Shown: piece by piece, positions 9,195 to 19,100 of the stretch
How positions within the stretch are numbered: position 1 is the first letter of the stretch
Layout of the letters: every line of letters begins with the position of its first letter
Assembly: GCA_048941285.1 (NCBI GenBank)
Contig: JBHLNS010000022.1
Span: 1 to 50,279 of the forward strand
Direction of reading: 5' to 3'
DNA length: 50,279 nucleotides
Source of the DNA: Promethearchaeota archaeon
GTDB lineage: Archaea; Asgardarchaeota; Lokiarchaeia; Sigyniarchaeales; SOKP01
Notes under the pieces: model-generated
Databases searched by the model: none
Seen by the model: only the letters and a program-made list of their open reading frames with translations
What the model was told of the DNA's origin: nothing
Position numbers and translations under genes: made by a program

Positions 9195-9565
9195 CTGGTT
9201 AAATTTTAGAAATATCTAAGTTTGAAAATGGGAAAATTTAAACGAATCAATAAATATTTTCTACTTTTTTTTACTTTTTTTAACTTTAACTAATTTATTA
9301 AAGTGCGCTTGTAAATTCAAACCTCTACTTTGAATATTCTTCAACAATTTAAACGAGATAACCTTTTAGAAACCAAAGTAATAGTTAATTATATTAATAA
9401 AATTACTAACTAAAATTATAAAAATCATACATTAATCTAGAAAATTCTTATTGAGTTTGAATGAATAAATAATTTTAATAAATCTTTTTAATAAAAAATA
9501 GCTTATTTAATATCACAATTCGATTTTGAATTGGATTTATTAAATAAAAAATGTGAAATTTTAGT

Positions 9566-11281
9566 ATGTCAAATCCGTATGAAAGTAGATTTTGGAAGAA
9601 AAGTTGGGATCTCGGTTTGGAAGATCTTGATCCAAAAGAATTTGAAACTACTTTTGCTGAACTGGTACAAAAGATGTTTGATAAATACCCTAATAATTTA
9701 GCACTTGCTTATCAGGGATTAGAAATCAGCTATGGTGAGGTAGATAGGTATTCGAATCAATTTTCAAATATGTTGCTGGAAAATGGGTTTAAAAAGGGAG
9801 ATGTAGTAGCTATTAATTTAGCAAATATTCCAGAATATGTATATTCAGTTATAGGTACACTTAAAGCTGGATGTATTGTTTCAGGTATTAGCCCTCTACT
9901 CTCTGATGTTCAAATGCATTATCAAATAGATGATCTTGGAAAAGGTGGAAAAAATGTCGCTTTAGTCACACTTGATGCAATTTTTCAGCATCGTTTAAAA
10001 AACATTGCTGATCAATTGCCACAATTAAAAGTAGTTGTAGCTACAAGTGTAATCGGCTCCTTTTCTAAAGAAGATCAAGCAAAAATAAAAGCAGTGAGAG
10101 ATATTCCTTCAGGGGAAGTCACACCATTAGAGGGAAAAACAGTTTATAATTTTCAAGACGATGTACTGACTAAATTTTCTACTGATTTACCTAAAGTTGA
10201 TATAACTCCTGATGATATTGGCTGGATTCAATATACCGGCGGAACCACAGGTCCTCCTAAAGGTGCGATGCTAAGTCATAGAAATTATGTTTCAAATATG
10301 AAAGCTATAATTTCTTGGCTTCAATGGGAAGAAGGAAAAGGGGTTTTATTATCAGGATTTCCAATGTTTCATATTGCAGGTTTAACAGTGTGCCAAGGAG
10401 CTATTGCCTTAGGTTGGAGTCAAGTTTTAATTGCTAATCCGCGTGATGCATTACATATTTGTAATGAAATGAAAAAATATAATCCAACTGTCCTTGTTAA
10501 TGTACCTTCTTTATATCAAATCTTAATTAATTTTCGTAAGTTTAAAAGATTGGACCACTCAAAATTGAAAATTTGCATTTCTGCTGCATCTCCATTTCCA
10601 AAAGAATCTCAGGAACTTTTGGAGAGTATAGTTGGTAAAGGTAAATTATTAGAGCTTTATGGAATGACAGAATTATCACCAGTAGCAACAATGAATCCCT
10701 CTATAGGTAAGAAAAAATTAGGTAAGGTAGGTGTACCAATTTTAAATGTTGAGTTAAAGCTCGTTGATCCTGAAACTAATGAGCCGGTTCCATTGGGAGA
10801 ACCTGGAGAAATCTGTGTAAGAGGCCCTTTAGTTATGCAAGGATATTATAATAAACCAGAAGAAACCGCAAAAGCAATAGATAAAGACAGCTATATGCAT
10901 AGTGGTGATATTGGAATAATGGATGAGGACGGATTCATTCAGATTGTTGATCGCACCAAAGATATGATTATTGTTGGTGGATTTAAAGTCTTTTCTGCCA
11001 AAGTTGAAGACACACTAGCAAAACATCCAGCAATTGGGGCGGTAGCATTAATTGGTCTCCCTAATCCAGATAGACCTGGTTCTGAAATAGTCAAAGCATT
11101 TATACAAATTAATCCCGATTTTGAATTTGATGGAAATGAGAATGCGTTAAAAGAAGATATATTGAAGTTTTCAAAAGAGAATTTAGCACCTTATGAAGTG
11201 CCGAAACAAATTGAAATTTCAAAAGAGCTACCACTCACTGCAGTTGGGAAAGTTGACAAAAAAGTTTTGAGATCTGGTTAA
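9566..11281 (+). CDS. fadD: Long-chain fatty acid--CoA ligase (tandem paralog)
   Basis: Same adenylation motifs; colinear with 7485-9194. Confidence 0.9.
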   Translation: MSNPYESRFWKKSWDLGLEDLDPKEFETTFAELVQKMFDKYPNNLALAYQGLEISYGEVDRYSNQFSNMLLENGFKKGDVVAINLANIPEYVYSVIGTLKAGCIVSGISPLLSDVQMHYQIDDLGKGGKNVALVTLDAIFQHRLKNIADQLPQLKVVVATSVIGSFSKEDQAKIKAVRDIPSGEVTPLEGKTVYNFQDDVLTKFSTDLPKVDITPDDIGWIQYTGGTTGPPKGAMLSHRNYVSNMKAIISWLQWEEGKGVLLSGFPMFHIAGLTVCQGAIALGWSQVLIANPRDALHICNEMKKYNPTVLVNVPSLYQILINFRKFKRLDHSKLKICISAASPFPKESQELLESIVGKGKLLELYGMTELSPVATMNPSIGKKKLGKVGVPILNVELKLVDPETNEPVPLGEPGEICVRGPLVMQGYYNKPEETAKAIDKDSYMHSGDIGIMDEDGFIQIVDRTKDMIIVGGFKVFSAKVEDTLAKHPAIGAVALIGLPNPDRPGSEIVKAFIQINPDFEFDGNENALKEDILKFSKENLAPYEVPKQIEISKELPLTAVGKVDKKVLRSG

Positions 11282-11425
11282 ATTAAATAATAAATTTCTA
11301 TTTAAATTATTTTTTTCTTATTATATTGTATTACAGTTATGACTAATAGTACCAAAAGAAGTAAAAGAAGGCATTTAGACAACTAATTTTAGAAAAGTTT
11401 TTTTTTGGAGGCAAACCATTAAATC

Positions 11426-12172
11426 TTGATGAAACTGAAAAAGCACGTTTTGGGTGATATCTTAATTTGTTTTTTTATTCTCTCCAGCATTACTAGTCCT
11501 ATATTTGCTCATTTTCAACTTGGTGATTCCACGCTCCCCATAGACGAGGAAGGGTACATAGAATATGATTTTGAAGATAATTTAGCTCCCGGACCTTTGA
11601 GACTCAAAGTAGATTTTGTGGATCTATATAAGATTTATGAACCAATTGAAGCTTTGGGAGTCAATATTACTATCAGTGAGCTCAATACCACTAGTAATAA
11701 ATATCAAGTATTAATTGTTGATTCTATAAAATGTCAAAATCTAACATGCTTGGGTTATAATAAAACCCTCCAATATTTTAGATACAATCAATCTATGAAT
11801 AATCTTTTATTATATGGTTATGGAGGATATTATATTATCCCGAATGACCCTGTAGATGTAAATATTGTAAAAGGGTTTATTGAGGGGTACACCAATTGGT
11901 CTGTAAATGTTGATAACAACATAATAACCATTGATACTACTAATAATCAAATTATACTCACTTATAGCGAAGAAGGGATATTAATAAAAGAAGAAGTTAA
12001 AAATAACAATATAATAATATCCGTTTTAACATTTATATCAATATCAGGAAATCAAACTAAAGATATAGGCGATATGGACGTTGTATTATTTGTTTCAATA
12101 ATTATTTTAATAGGAGTCGCTTCAGTGATAATTAAGAAAATTTATATTAAAAATCGTGAATACATCCAATAA
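11426..12172 (+). CDS. Putative secreted/surface protein with C-terminal membrane anchor
   Basis: N-terminal signal-like segment, Asn/Thr-rich body with several NxS/T sequons, C-terminal TM helix followed by KKIYIK. Confidence 0.65.
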   Translation: MMKLKKHVLGDILICFFILSSITSPIFAHFQLGDSTLPIDEEGYIEYDFEDNLAPGPLRLKVDFVDLYKIYEPIEALGVNITISELNTTSNKYQVLIVDSIKCQNLTCLGYNKTLQYFRYNQSMNNLLLYGYGGYYIIPNDPVDVNIVKGFIEGYTNWSVNVDNNIITIDTTNNQIILTYSEEGILIKEEVKNNNIIISVLTFISISGNQTKDIGDMDVVLFVSIIILIGVASVIIKKIYIKNREYIQ

Positions 12173-12193
12173 ACTTTATTACCATCTACCTGC

Positions 12194-12979
12194 TTAACTG
12201 GTATAAATTTTATTCATCTTATCTTCTACAATAGAAACTACTTCAGGTAGAATATTACCTATTTTCTCATGAATAACGACTTTCGCAGCTGAATCCATAT
12301 CAGTCTCTTGAATATTTATAATAGCTAATTTAGCCCCTTGGGATAAAACTCTAGCGGGGTACCAAGCTGCAGGATAGACTACGAGAGATGACCCTAATAC
12401 CAGTAATAAATCACAACCTTCAAGCATTTTATCTGCAGCTTCAAGTGTTTCAGACTCAAGTTGTTCACCGAAGAAAATAGCGTTGGGTTTAAGCAAACCT
12501 CTACATTTTTCACAAGATGGATATGATTTTCCTTTCATTACTTGATTAACCATTACAGTAATTTCAAAAACCTGCCCACATGTCATGCACTTTGCTTCAT
12601 ACGCATTTCCATGTAATTCTACAATATTTTTTGTTTTAGCTTTATGGTGTAATCTATCAATATTTTGTGTTAGTATTCCTTTTAATTTTCCAAGTTTTTG
12701 AAGCCTCGTTAAAGTTTTGTGCCCTATGTTTGGTCTTGCTCTAAAAATTTGCTTGCCAGTCTCTAACATAAATTGCAAATTTTTTCGTGTGTTTGCTATA
12801 TAGGAATGAATTGATGCGAATTCATAAGGATCCACCTTTTCCCATAAGCCAGAACCAGGTGTTCTGAAGTCACTTATGTTACTTTCGGTAGACATTCCCG
12901 CTCCAGTGAGAGCTATAATGTTTTTTGAATTGATAATTAATTGTGCTAATTTGTCAATTTTTTCTTCAATAGAAATCAT
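12194..12979 (-). CDS. cobB: NAD-dependent protein deacylase, Sir2 family
   Basis: TGAGMSTES..DFR, TQNID.LH, ELHG, CxxC...CxxC, GSSL.VYPAA. Confidence 0.92.
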   Translation of the reverse strand: MISIEEKIDKLAQLIINSKNIIALTGAGMSTESNISDFRTPGSGLWEKVDPYEFASIHSYIANTRKNLQFMLETGKQIFRARPNIGHKTLTRLQKLGKLKGILTQNIDRLHHKAKTKNIVELHGNAYEAKCMTCGQVFEITVMVNQVMKGKSYPSCEKCRGLLKPNAIFFGEQLESETLEAADKMLEGCDLLLVLGSSLVVYPAAWYPARVLSQGAKLAIINIQETDMDSAAKVVIHEKIGNILPEVVSIVEDKMNKIYTS

Positions 12980-13043
12980 ATAATACTTTTGAATTTGTTT
13001 TTTAAAAAAATTTTATGATTATATAAGCTTATAAAATATTTTA

Positions 13044-13889
13044 TTGCCTTATGATTTTATTGTATTAATGCTTGTTGAAGAATTTAAACAAATAAAATAT
13101 GAAAAAGAGTTTAATGGAATATTAACAGTTACCTTAAATTGGCCTGAAAAAAAAAATGCGCTCTCACCATTAGGTCTTCTTGAGATCTGGTACGCAATTG
13201 ATCATGCTGAGAGAGATAAAGAAGTTAAGATTATGATTTTAACAGGGTGTGAAGAAGCAGGAGCTTTTTCTTCAGGAGGTTACTTTACAGGGGATGTTTT
13301 GAAAGAGATCCCTGAAAAGTACAGAAGTGAGGTTAACTTAAGAGATATGGCTTCAAAAAGGTTATGTCTTAAATTTTGGGATTTTTCAAAGCCAGTTATA
13401 TCTGTAATTAATGGTTTTGCGGTAGGTGGAGGATTTACACTTCCTGTGATTTGTTCAGATTTAATTTATATGGCTAAGGATACATGGTGGGCATTATTTT
13501 TTGTAAAAAGAGCAGTTATTCCAGATTTTGCCACCACAGTTCTTTTACCTTTAATGATAGGTTTTAATAAAGCTAAAGAACTATTCTTTTTTGGTGATAG
13601 GATGATTGCTCAAGACGCAGAAAGATTAGGACTCGTTAATAAAGTATTGCCCAAAGATGAATTAATGCCTTTTGCAAGAAAGCAGGCCTTAAGACTTATT
13701 CCGCCTCACGGACCATCACTTTCAATTAAATTAATGAAGAAAACCTTGCATACATATTTTAGGAATATAATAGAAACACAACTAGATATAGAAAACAAAA
13801 TGTGGGCAAAAGCTATCCGAAGTGAAGATTTTGGAGAATCTCTAAAAGCTTTGAAGGAAAAGAGAGAGCCAACTTTTATAGGAAAATAA
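13044..13889 (+). CDS. Enoyl-CoA hydratase/isomerase family protein
   Basis: TLN.PEKKNAL, AFSSGG, KPVIS.INGFAVGGG, EKREPTF.GK. True start may be the ATG at about 13068. Confidence 0.88.
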   Translation: MPYDFIVLMLVEEFKQIKYEKEFNGILTVTLNWPEKKNALSPLGLLEIWYAIDHAERDKEVKIMILTGCEEAGAFSSGGYFTGDVLKEIPEKYRSEVNLRDMASKRLCLKFWDFSKPVISVINGFAVGGGFTLPVICSDLIYMAKDTWWALFFVKRAVIPDFATTVLLPLMIGFNKAKELFFFGDRMIAQDAERLGLVNKVLPKDELMPFARKQALRLIPPHGPSLSIKLMKKTLHTYFRNIIETQLDIENKMWAKAIRSEDFGESLKALKEKREPTFIGK

Positions 13890-14126
13890 AGTTGTCTCTC
13901 TATGAAAATTATAGGATGCCACGATCTAGATTTGTACCATTTTCAAAAAGTGAATTAAAAAAAAAAAATTATTAACGATTATTTTTATTTATTGAATATA
14001 ATATAATATTATAATTATTCTCAAATATGCAAAATTTATCATTCTAAATTAGAAATATAAAATAGAAACGATGAATTGAAGCGGATATTGAGTAAATCTA
14101 ATTAACTAGAATGGTGAGTCGGTAAA

Positions 14127-14681
14127 ATCTCTGAGCAAATAAAGAAATCATTTATCTACAAGCTTTGTATCGTAGGTGATGGCGGCGTAGGGAAAACTTC
14201 TATGGTCCTCCGCTACTGTGAGAACACTTTTAAAGAAAATTATATTATGACAATTGGGTCTAACTTTTCTACAAAGCAGGTTGACCTAGAGGAGTACCCT
14301 TCATATCTTATTAAGCTTCAATTATGGGATTTGGCAGGACAGAAACATTTTAGTTTTGTTCGTCCACCTTTTTATCGCGGAAGTAGCGCAACTATATATA
14401 CGTTTGATCTTACAAGAAGAAGTTCATTTCAAAATATCTTAAATTGGAAAAGTGAAGTAGAAAAAGTAATCGGTGATGGCAAACCATGCATTTTAGTGGG
14501 AAACAAAATAGATTTGGCAGAACAGGGTCAAAGGGAAGTTGGGACTGGAGAGGGCGAAGCACTAAAGGAAGAACTACACGCGATAGCCTATATTGAAACT
14601 AGTGCAAAAGATAACATTCAAGTAGAGCCAGTGTTTAAGGATTTAACTCTTGCTATTTTAGAGAATACTAAAAAGATATAG
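14127..14681 (+). CDS. Rab/Ras-like small GTPase (eukaryotic signature protein)
   Basis: The reading frame extends upstream of the track ATG (14202) through G1, KLCIVGDGGVGKTS. G2 TIG, G3 WDLAGQ, G4 GNKID and G5 ETSAK follow. Start inferred at ATC 14127. Confidence 0.9.
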   Translation: MSEQIKKSFIYKLCIVGDGGVGKTSMVLRYCENTFKENYIMTIGSNFSTKQVDLEEYPSYLIKLQLWDLAGQKHFSFVRPPFYRGSSATIYTFDLTRRSSFQNILNWKSEVEKVIGDGKPCILVGNKIDLAEQGQREVGTGEGEALKEELHAIAYIETSAKDNIQVEPVFKDLTLAILENTKKI

Positions 14682-14763
14682 CTTTTTATTTGTTATAAAC
14701 CATAAATTAAAATTTAGTTGTATATTTTTAAAGTATAAAATCAAATAATAGTAGGTAAATTAA

Positions 14764-15483
14764 ATGTTTGGAGCAGCAGGTAGGGCATATGATCGTGCTT
14801 TAACTGTCTTCAGTCCAGAAGGACGTCTATTCCAAGTAGAATATGCTTTAGAAGCAGTTAGGCGAGGAACACTCGCTGTAGCAGTGAAATCAAAAGAAGA
14901 TGTATGTTTAGCAGCACAAATCAAAATTGCTTCAGTGTTGATGGATGCTAATTCGATCGATAAATTATTTCAAGTAGATGAACATATTGGTGTAGCTATC
15001 TCAGGATTACATGCAGATTCAAGAGCATTGATTAATTATGCGAGAGTTCAAGCTCAATCATTTAGATTAACATATGATGAACCTGTTCGTTTGAATATGT
15101 TAGCTAAGGCAATTGCTGATCTAAAACAGCAATACACCCAGTTTGGGGGTGTAAGACCTTGGGGATGTGCACTTTTTTTCATTGGAATTGATGCGAGTGG
15201 CACGCAAATCTTCACAACATCACCAAGTGGGATTTATCGTTCGTTTAAAGCATATGCTATTGGAACGGGTGAAGCGAGTGCCCGAGAATATCTTCTTGAA
15301 AACTATACGGAAAATATGACTTTTGATGAGCTCATGAATTTTACATTAAAAGCACTTAAGGAATCTATTGATGAAGAAGCAACAAAAGAAAATATTAGAA
15401 TAGCATATGTTAAAGGCGAAGATAAAAAGTTCCATATGTGTAAAGAACAAGAAGTAGAAGAATTTTTGGCTAAATTAACATAA
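14764..15483 (+). CDS. psmA: Proteasome subunit alpha
   Basis: YDRALTVFSPEGRLFQVEYALEAV signature; YTQFGGVRP.G. Confidence 0.96.
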   Translation: MFGAAGRAYDRALTVFSPEGRLFQVEYALEAVRRGTLAVAVKSKEDVCLAAQIKIASVLMDANSIDKLFQVDEHIGVAISGLHADSRALINYARVQAQSFRLTYDEPVRLNMLAKAIADLKQQYTQFGGVRPWGCALFFIGIDASGTQIFTTSPSGIYRSFKAYAIGTGEASAREYLLENYTENMTFDELMNFTLKALKESIDEEATKENIRIAYVKGEDKKFHMCKEQEVEEFLAKLT

Positions 15484-15592
15484 ATCTTATTTTTAATAAT
15501 ATTATAAAAGATTTTATTATCTAAATTTATATTATAGATAATAATATAATATCTAGAATTTTTCATGCTAAACTGAAAAATAGGCAATTTTT

Positions 15593-15988
15593 ATGGGTAA
15601 AAAGAAAAAGATTAGAGAAGAATTTGACAGTCTTTTTCAGAAAGGTGATGAAAAGGCTATTAAAAAGATGTTAGATAAGAATCCATGGCTACTTGATGAA
15701 GTTTCACATTCTATGGATGAAGGAATGGAAGAACAAAATCAAATTATTGCCGCATTAGGCGTAATGGAAGATGAACTCGGGGGATCTGTACCAATTGATG
15801 AGATTGTATTTAGTTTAAGGGTAGATTTTAATATTCGTAAAACGGAGGATGAAATACATTCCATTTTGGCTAATGTCGAGAAATTGAACCTTGTTAAAAG
15901 AGATACAAATGGGTGGAGGCTAACTAATGAAGGGGGTAAAATTTGCGATGATTATCTTAATAGAAATCTAGGAAAAATTGATATATAA
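15593..15988 (+). CDS. Hypothetical protein, probable C-terminal winged helix
   Basis: Three helices followed by LV..D..GWRLT.EG wing pattern. Confidence 0.6.
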   Translation: MGKKKKIREEFDSLFQKGDEKAIKKMLDKNPWLLDEVSHSMDEGMEEQNQIIAALGVMEDELGGSVPIDEIVFSLRVDFNIRKTEDEIHSILANVEKLNLVKRDTNGWRLTNEGGKICDDYLNRNLGKIDI

Positions 15989-16103
15989 TTGATTAAATAT
16001 TTATTTTCGGTTAATGATTTTTAAAGTAAAACTAAATTATTATTTAAAACTTGTATTAAGATTTTTAATTTTTAAGTTTATTCTTGAAGTTTCTTTAAGG
16101 TAG

Positions 16104-19100
16104 ATGAGATATATGGAAGAAAAAAGAGAGGAAAAGTTTGATCAGGAATTCGATGATGAGGAGTTAGATTTAACTAAAGACGCTTTTTTTACGGATTTAA
16201 TGGATATGGAAGAAGAAATTGCCACTGAAGCTTATGAACTCGTGGAGCATGCTATTAATCTGATACGAACCCAATATTATGATGATAGTATTGAAATTTT
16301 ACGTCAAGCAATTGGATTATATACACAAATTAATCGAACAGAAGAAATTGAAGCCATAAATAATAAAATTTCAGAAGTTTATATACTTAAAGAAGAAGCT
16401 TTTAGAGAAATAGAAGTAAAACCAGAAAAAAAAACCGAAGTTATAATTGAGCCTGAATCGATCGATCAAACTGAAATTGAAGCTGATTTGATACAAAAAG
16501 CAAATCAATTAATTATTGAGGCTCATGAATTGTCTAATAACAATCAATTTGAGGAGGCTCTTGATAAGTATGATGAAGCTGAAAAAATCCTTGAAGAAGT
16601 TCACAGATCTGATGAAATAGAAAGATTATATTTATTAATTGAAGAATGTTATAACAAAAAAGCAGAATATTTGCGTAGTATAAAAGTAGAAGGACCAAAA
16701 GACTTAGTAGAAACAGAAGCAGTTCCAATAAAAGATAAAGAAAAAGAAAAAAAACTAAAGCAGTTTCTTGAAGCTAAAAAGCGGGAAGAAGAGATATCAT
16801 CTAAAGCATATGAGTTATTAGAACAAGCAGTAGAATTAGCAAAAATGAATGAATATGATGAAGCTATTAACTTATATAATAAAGGAGTAAACTTATTTGA
16901 AGAATTGAATTGGACATATGAAGTTAAAAGAATTCGAGATACTATAGAGCTACTAGAAAAAGAAAAGATTAAATACTTTGAAGAAGTTAAAAAAGAACGA
17001 GTAGAAATTGGGCAAAAAATAGAAAGCGAATTCCATAAAGGAAAATTGATTGATGATCAAGTTAAAGAAATAAGTGAACAAGAAAAAATTGCCCAAATGG
17101 AAAGAGTGAGGGGGATAGAACTTCAAAAAATGGAACTAGAATTTTTTAAAGCCCAAATTGATAATATGGCTACAGAAGCTGCTAGAATGGGTCGAGAGTA
17201 TGAATTAGCAATGCATAAAGCGATTAAAGAAGGAAAATTATTAAAAGAGTGCATTTATCCTAAAGTAATTGAAATGTATAAAAAAATAAAAGAATTATTG
17301 CTTGATAAAGGTTGGAATAATGAAGCTGCAATCTATGATAATACAATAAATGTATATATCCAAAAATTCGAACAAGACCAAAAAATTCGACAAATTGAAG
17401 CAGATAAGATAATAAAACAAAAAGAAACAGAAGAAATGTTAAAGATGGAGAGTGTCGATAAAGATAAAGTTGTGGATGAAAAACAGCGAGCATTATCTGA
17501 AGAAGAACGTCAAAAACAACTCGAAATCCAAAATTTAAGAAATCAAATTGATGATAAGACAAAAAGAGCTGAACGGTTAGCTAGAGAATATGAAGTAGCA
17601 TTGCGACAAGGGAAATTTGAATTAAAATGCCCATATCCTGAAATTATTAATCTTTTTGAAGAAGCTAAACAAATAGCCTTAGAGAGAGGTTGGGAGACTG
17701 ATGTTATAATTTTTTCAAGTCAAATATATACTTATAAACAAAAATTAGAAAAAGATAATCGGTTGCGGCAAATTGAGGCTGATAAAGTAAGGAAGCAGGA
17801 AGAGATTGAAGAATTATTTAAAATTAAAGAAGAACCGATTACCGATTCAGATGCTGAAAAATTAAAAACTCTACAAGAACAAAGAGAATTAGAAAAGCAA
17901 AAAGAAGAGTTTGATAGTGTTATTGATGTAATGATAAATCGAGCTGAATCTATGGCAAAAGAATATGATTTAGCTATGAAAAAAGCCATAAAAAAAGGGA
18001 GATTAGCAGAAAAGCCCCCTTTTTTGAAAATTATTGGTATCTATGAAAGTATAAAGCGAATGTTGATTGAGAAAGGAAGAAAAGAAGAAGCAGAGGCATA
18101 CACAAATCAAATCAATTATTATACACAAAAACTAGTACAAGATAATAAATTACGAGAAGTAGAAGCTAAAAAAGCTCAAAGAGAGAAAGCACTTGAAGAA
18201 ATGCATAAAATGGGACAAGAAATAGGAATAGATGAAATAAAATTGGCAACTATTGAAAGAAAAAAAGAGGATGAGGATTTTGAAAAATATATTTCTGAGA
18301 ATGTAAGTATTGCTGAAAAAATGGTACGAGACTTTGAAATAGGAAAGAGAAAGGCTTACAGAGAAGGAAAAGTCCTTGAAAGCACTCCATATAAAGAAGT
18401 AATAGAAATTTATAAACAAATTCGAGATAGGGTTTATGCAAGGGGATGGAGGGAACAAGCAGAAATATATACAAATCAAATTAAAATTTATCAGGGCAAA
18501 CTGGATAAACATGAAAAGCTTCTTGAAGTGGAGATTCAAAAAGCTCAAAGAGAAAAAGAAATTGAAGAAATGCATAAAATGGGTAAAGGAGTAGAAATAG
18601 ATGAAAAAAGATTGGAAACTATTGAAAGAAAAAAGGAAGAAGAAGATTTTGAAAAACTTATTTCTGAGAATGTAAATATCGCTGAAAAAATGGTACGGGA
18701 CTATGAAATAGAAAAGAGAAAGGCATACAGAGAAGGAGTTATCCTCGAAAATACTCCATATAAAGAAGTAATAGAAATTTATAAACAAATTCGAGATAAG
18801 GTTTATGCGAGGGGATGGAGGGAACAAGCAGATATATATACAAATCAAATTAAAGTTTATCAGGATAAGCTGGATAAACATGAAAAGCTTCTTGAAGTGG
18901 AGATTCAAAAAGCTCAAAGAGACAAAAACATCGAAGAAATGCATAAAATGGGAAAGGGAGTAGAAGTAGATGAAAAAAGATTGGAAACTATTGAAAGAAA
19001 AAAGGAAGAAGAAGATTTTGAAAAACTTATTTCTGAGAATGTAAATATCGCTGAAAAAATGGTACGGGACTATGAAATAGAAAAGAGAAAGGCTTTCAGA

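Noticed and set aside
14103-14117. Selenocysteine readthrough of the in-frame TGA upstream of the Rab gene (likewise TGA 28213)
   Set aside because: In both cases an in-frame TAA lies just upstream (14103, 28210) with no start codon between, so readthrough would not supply a start.
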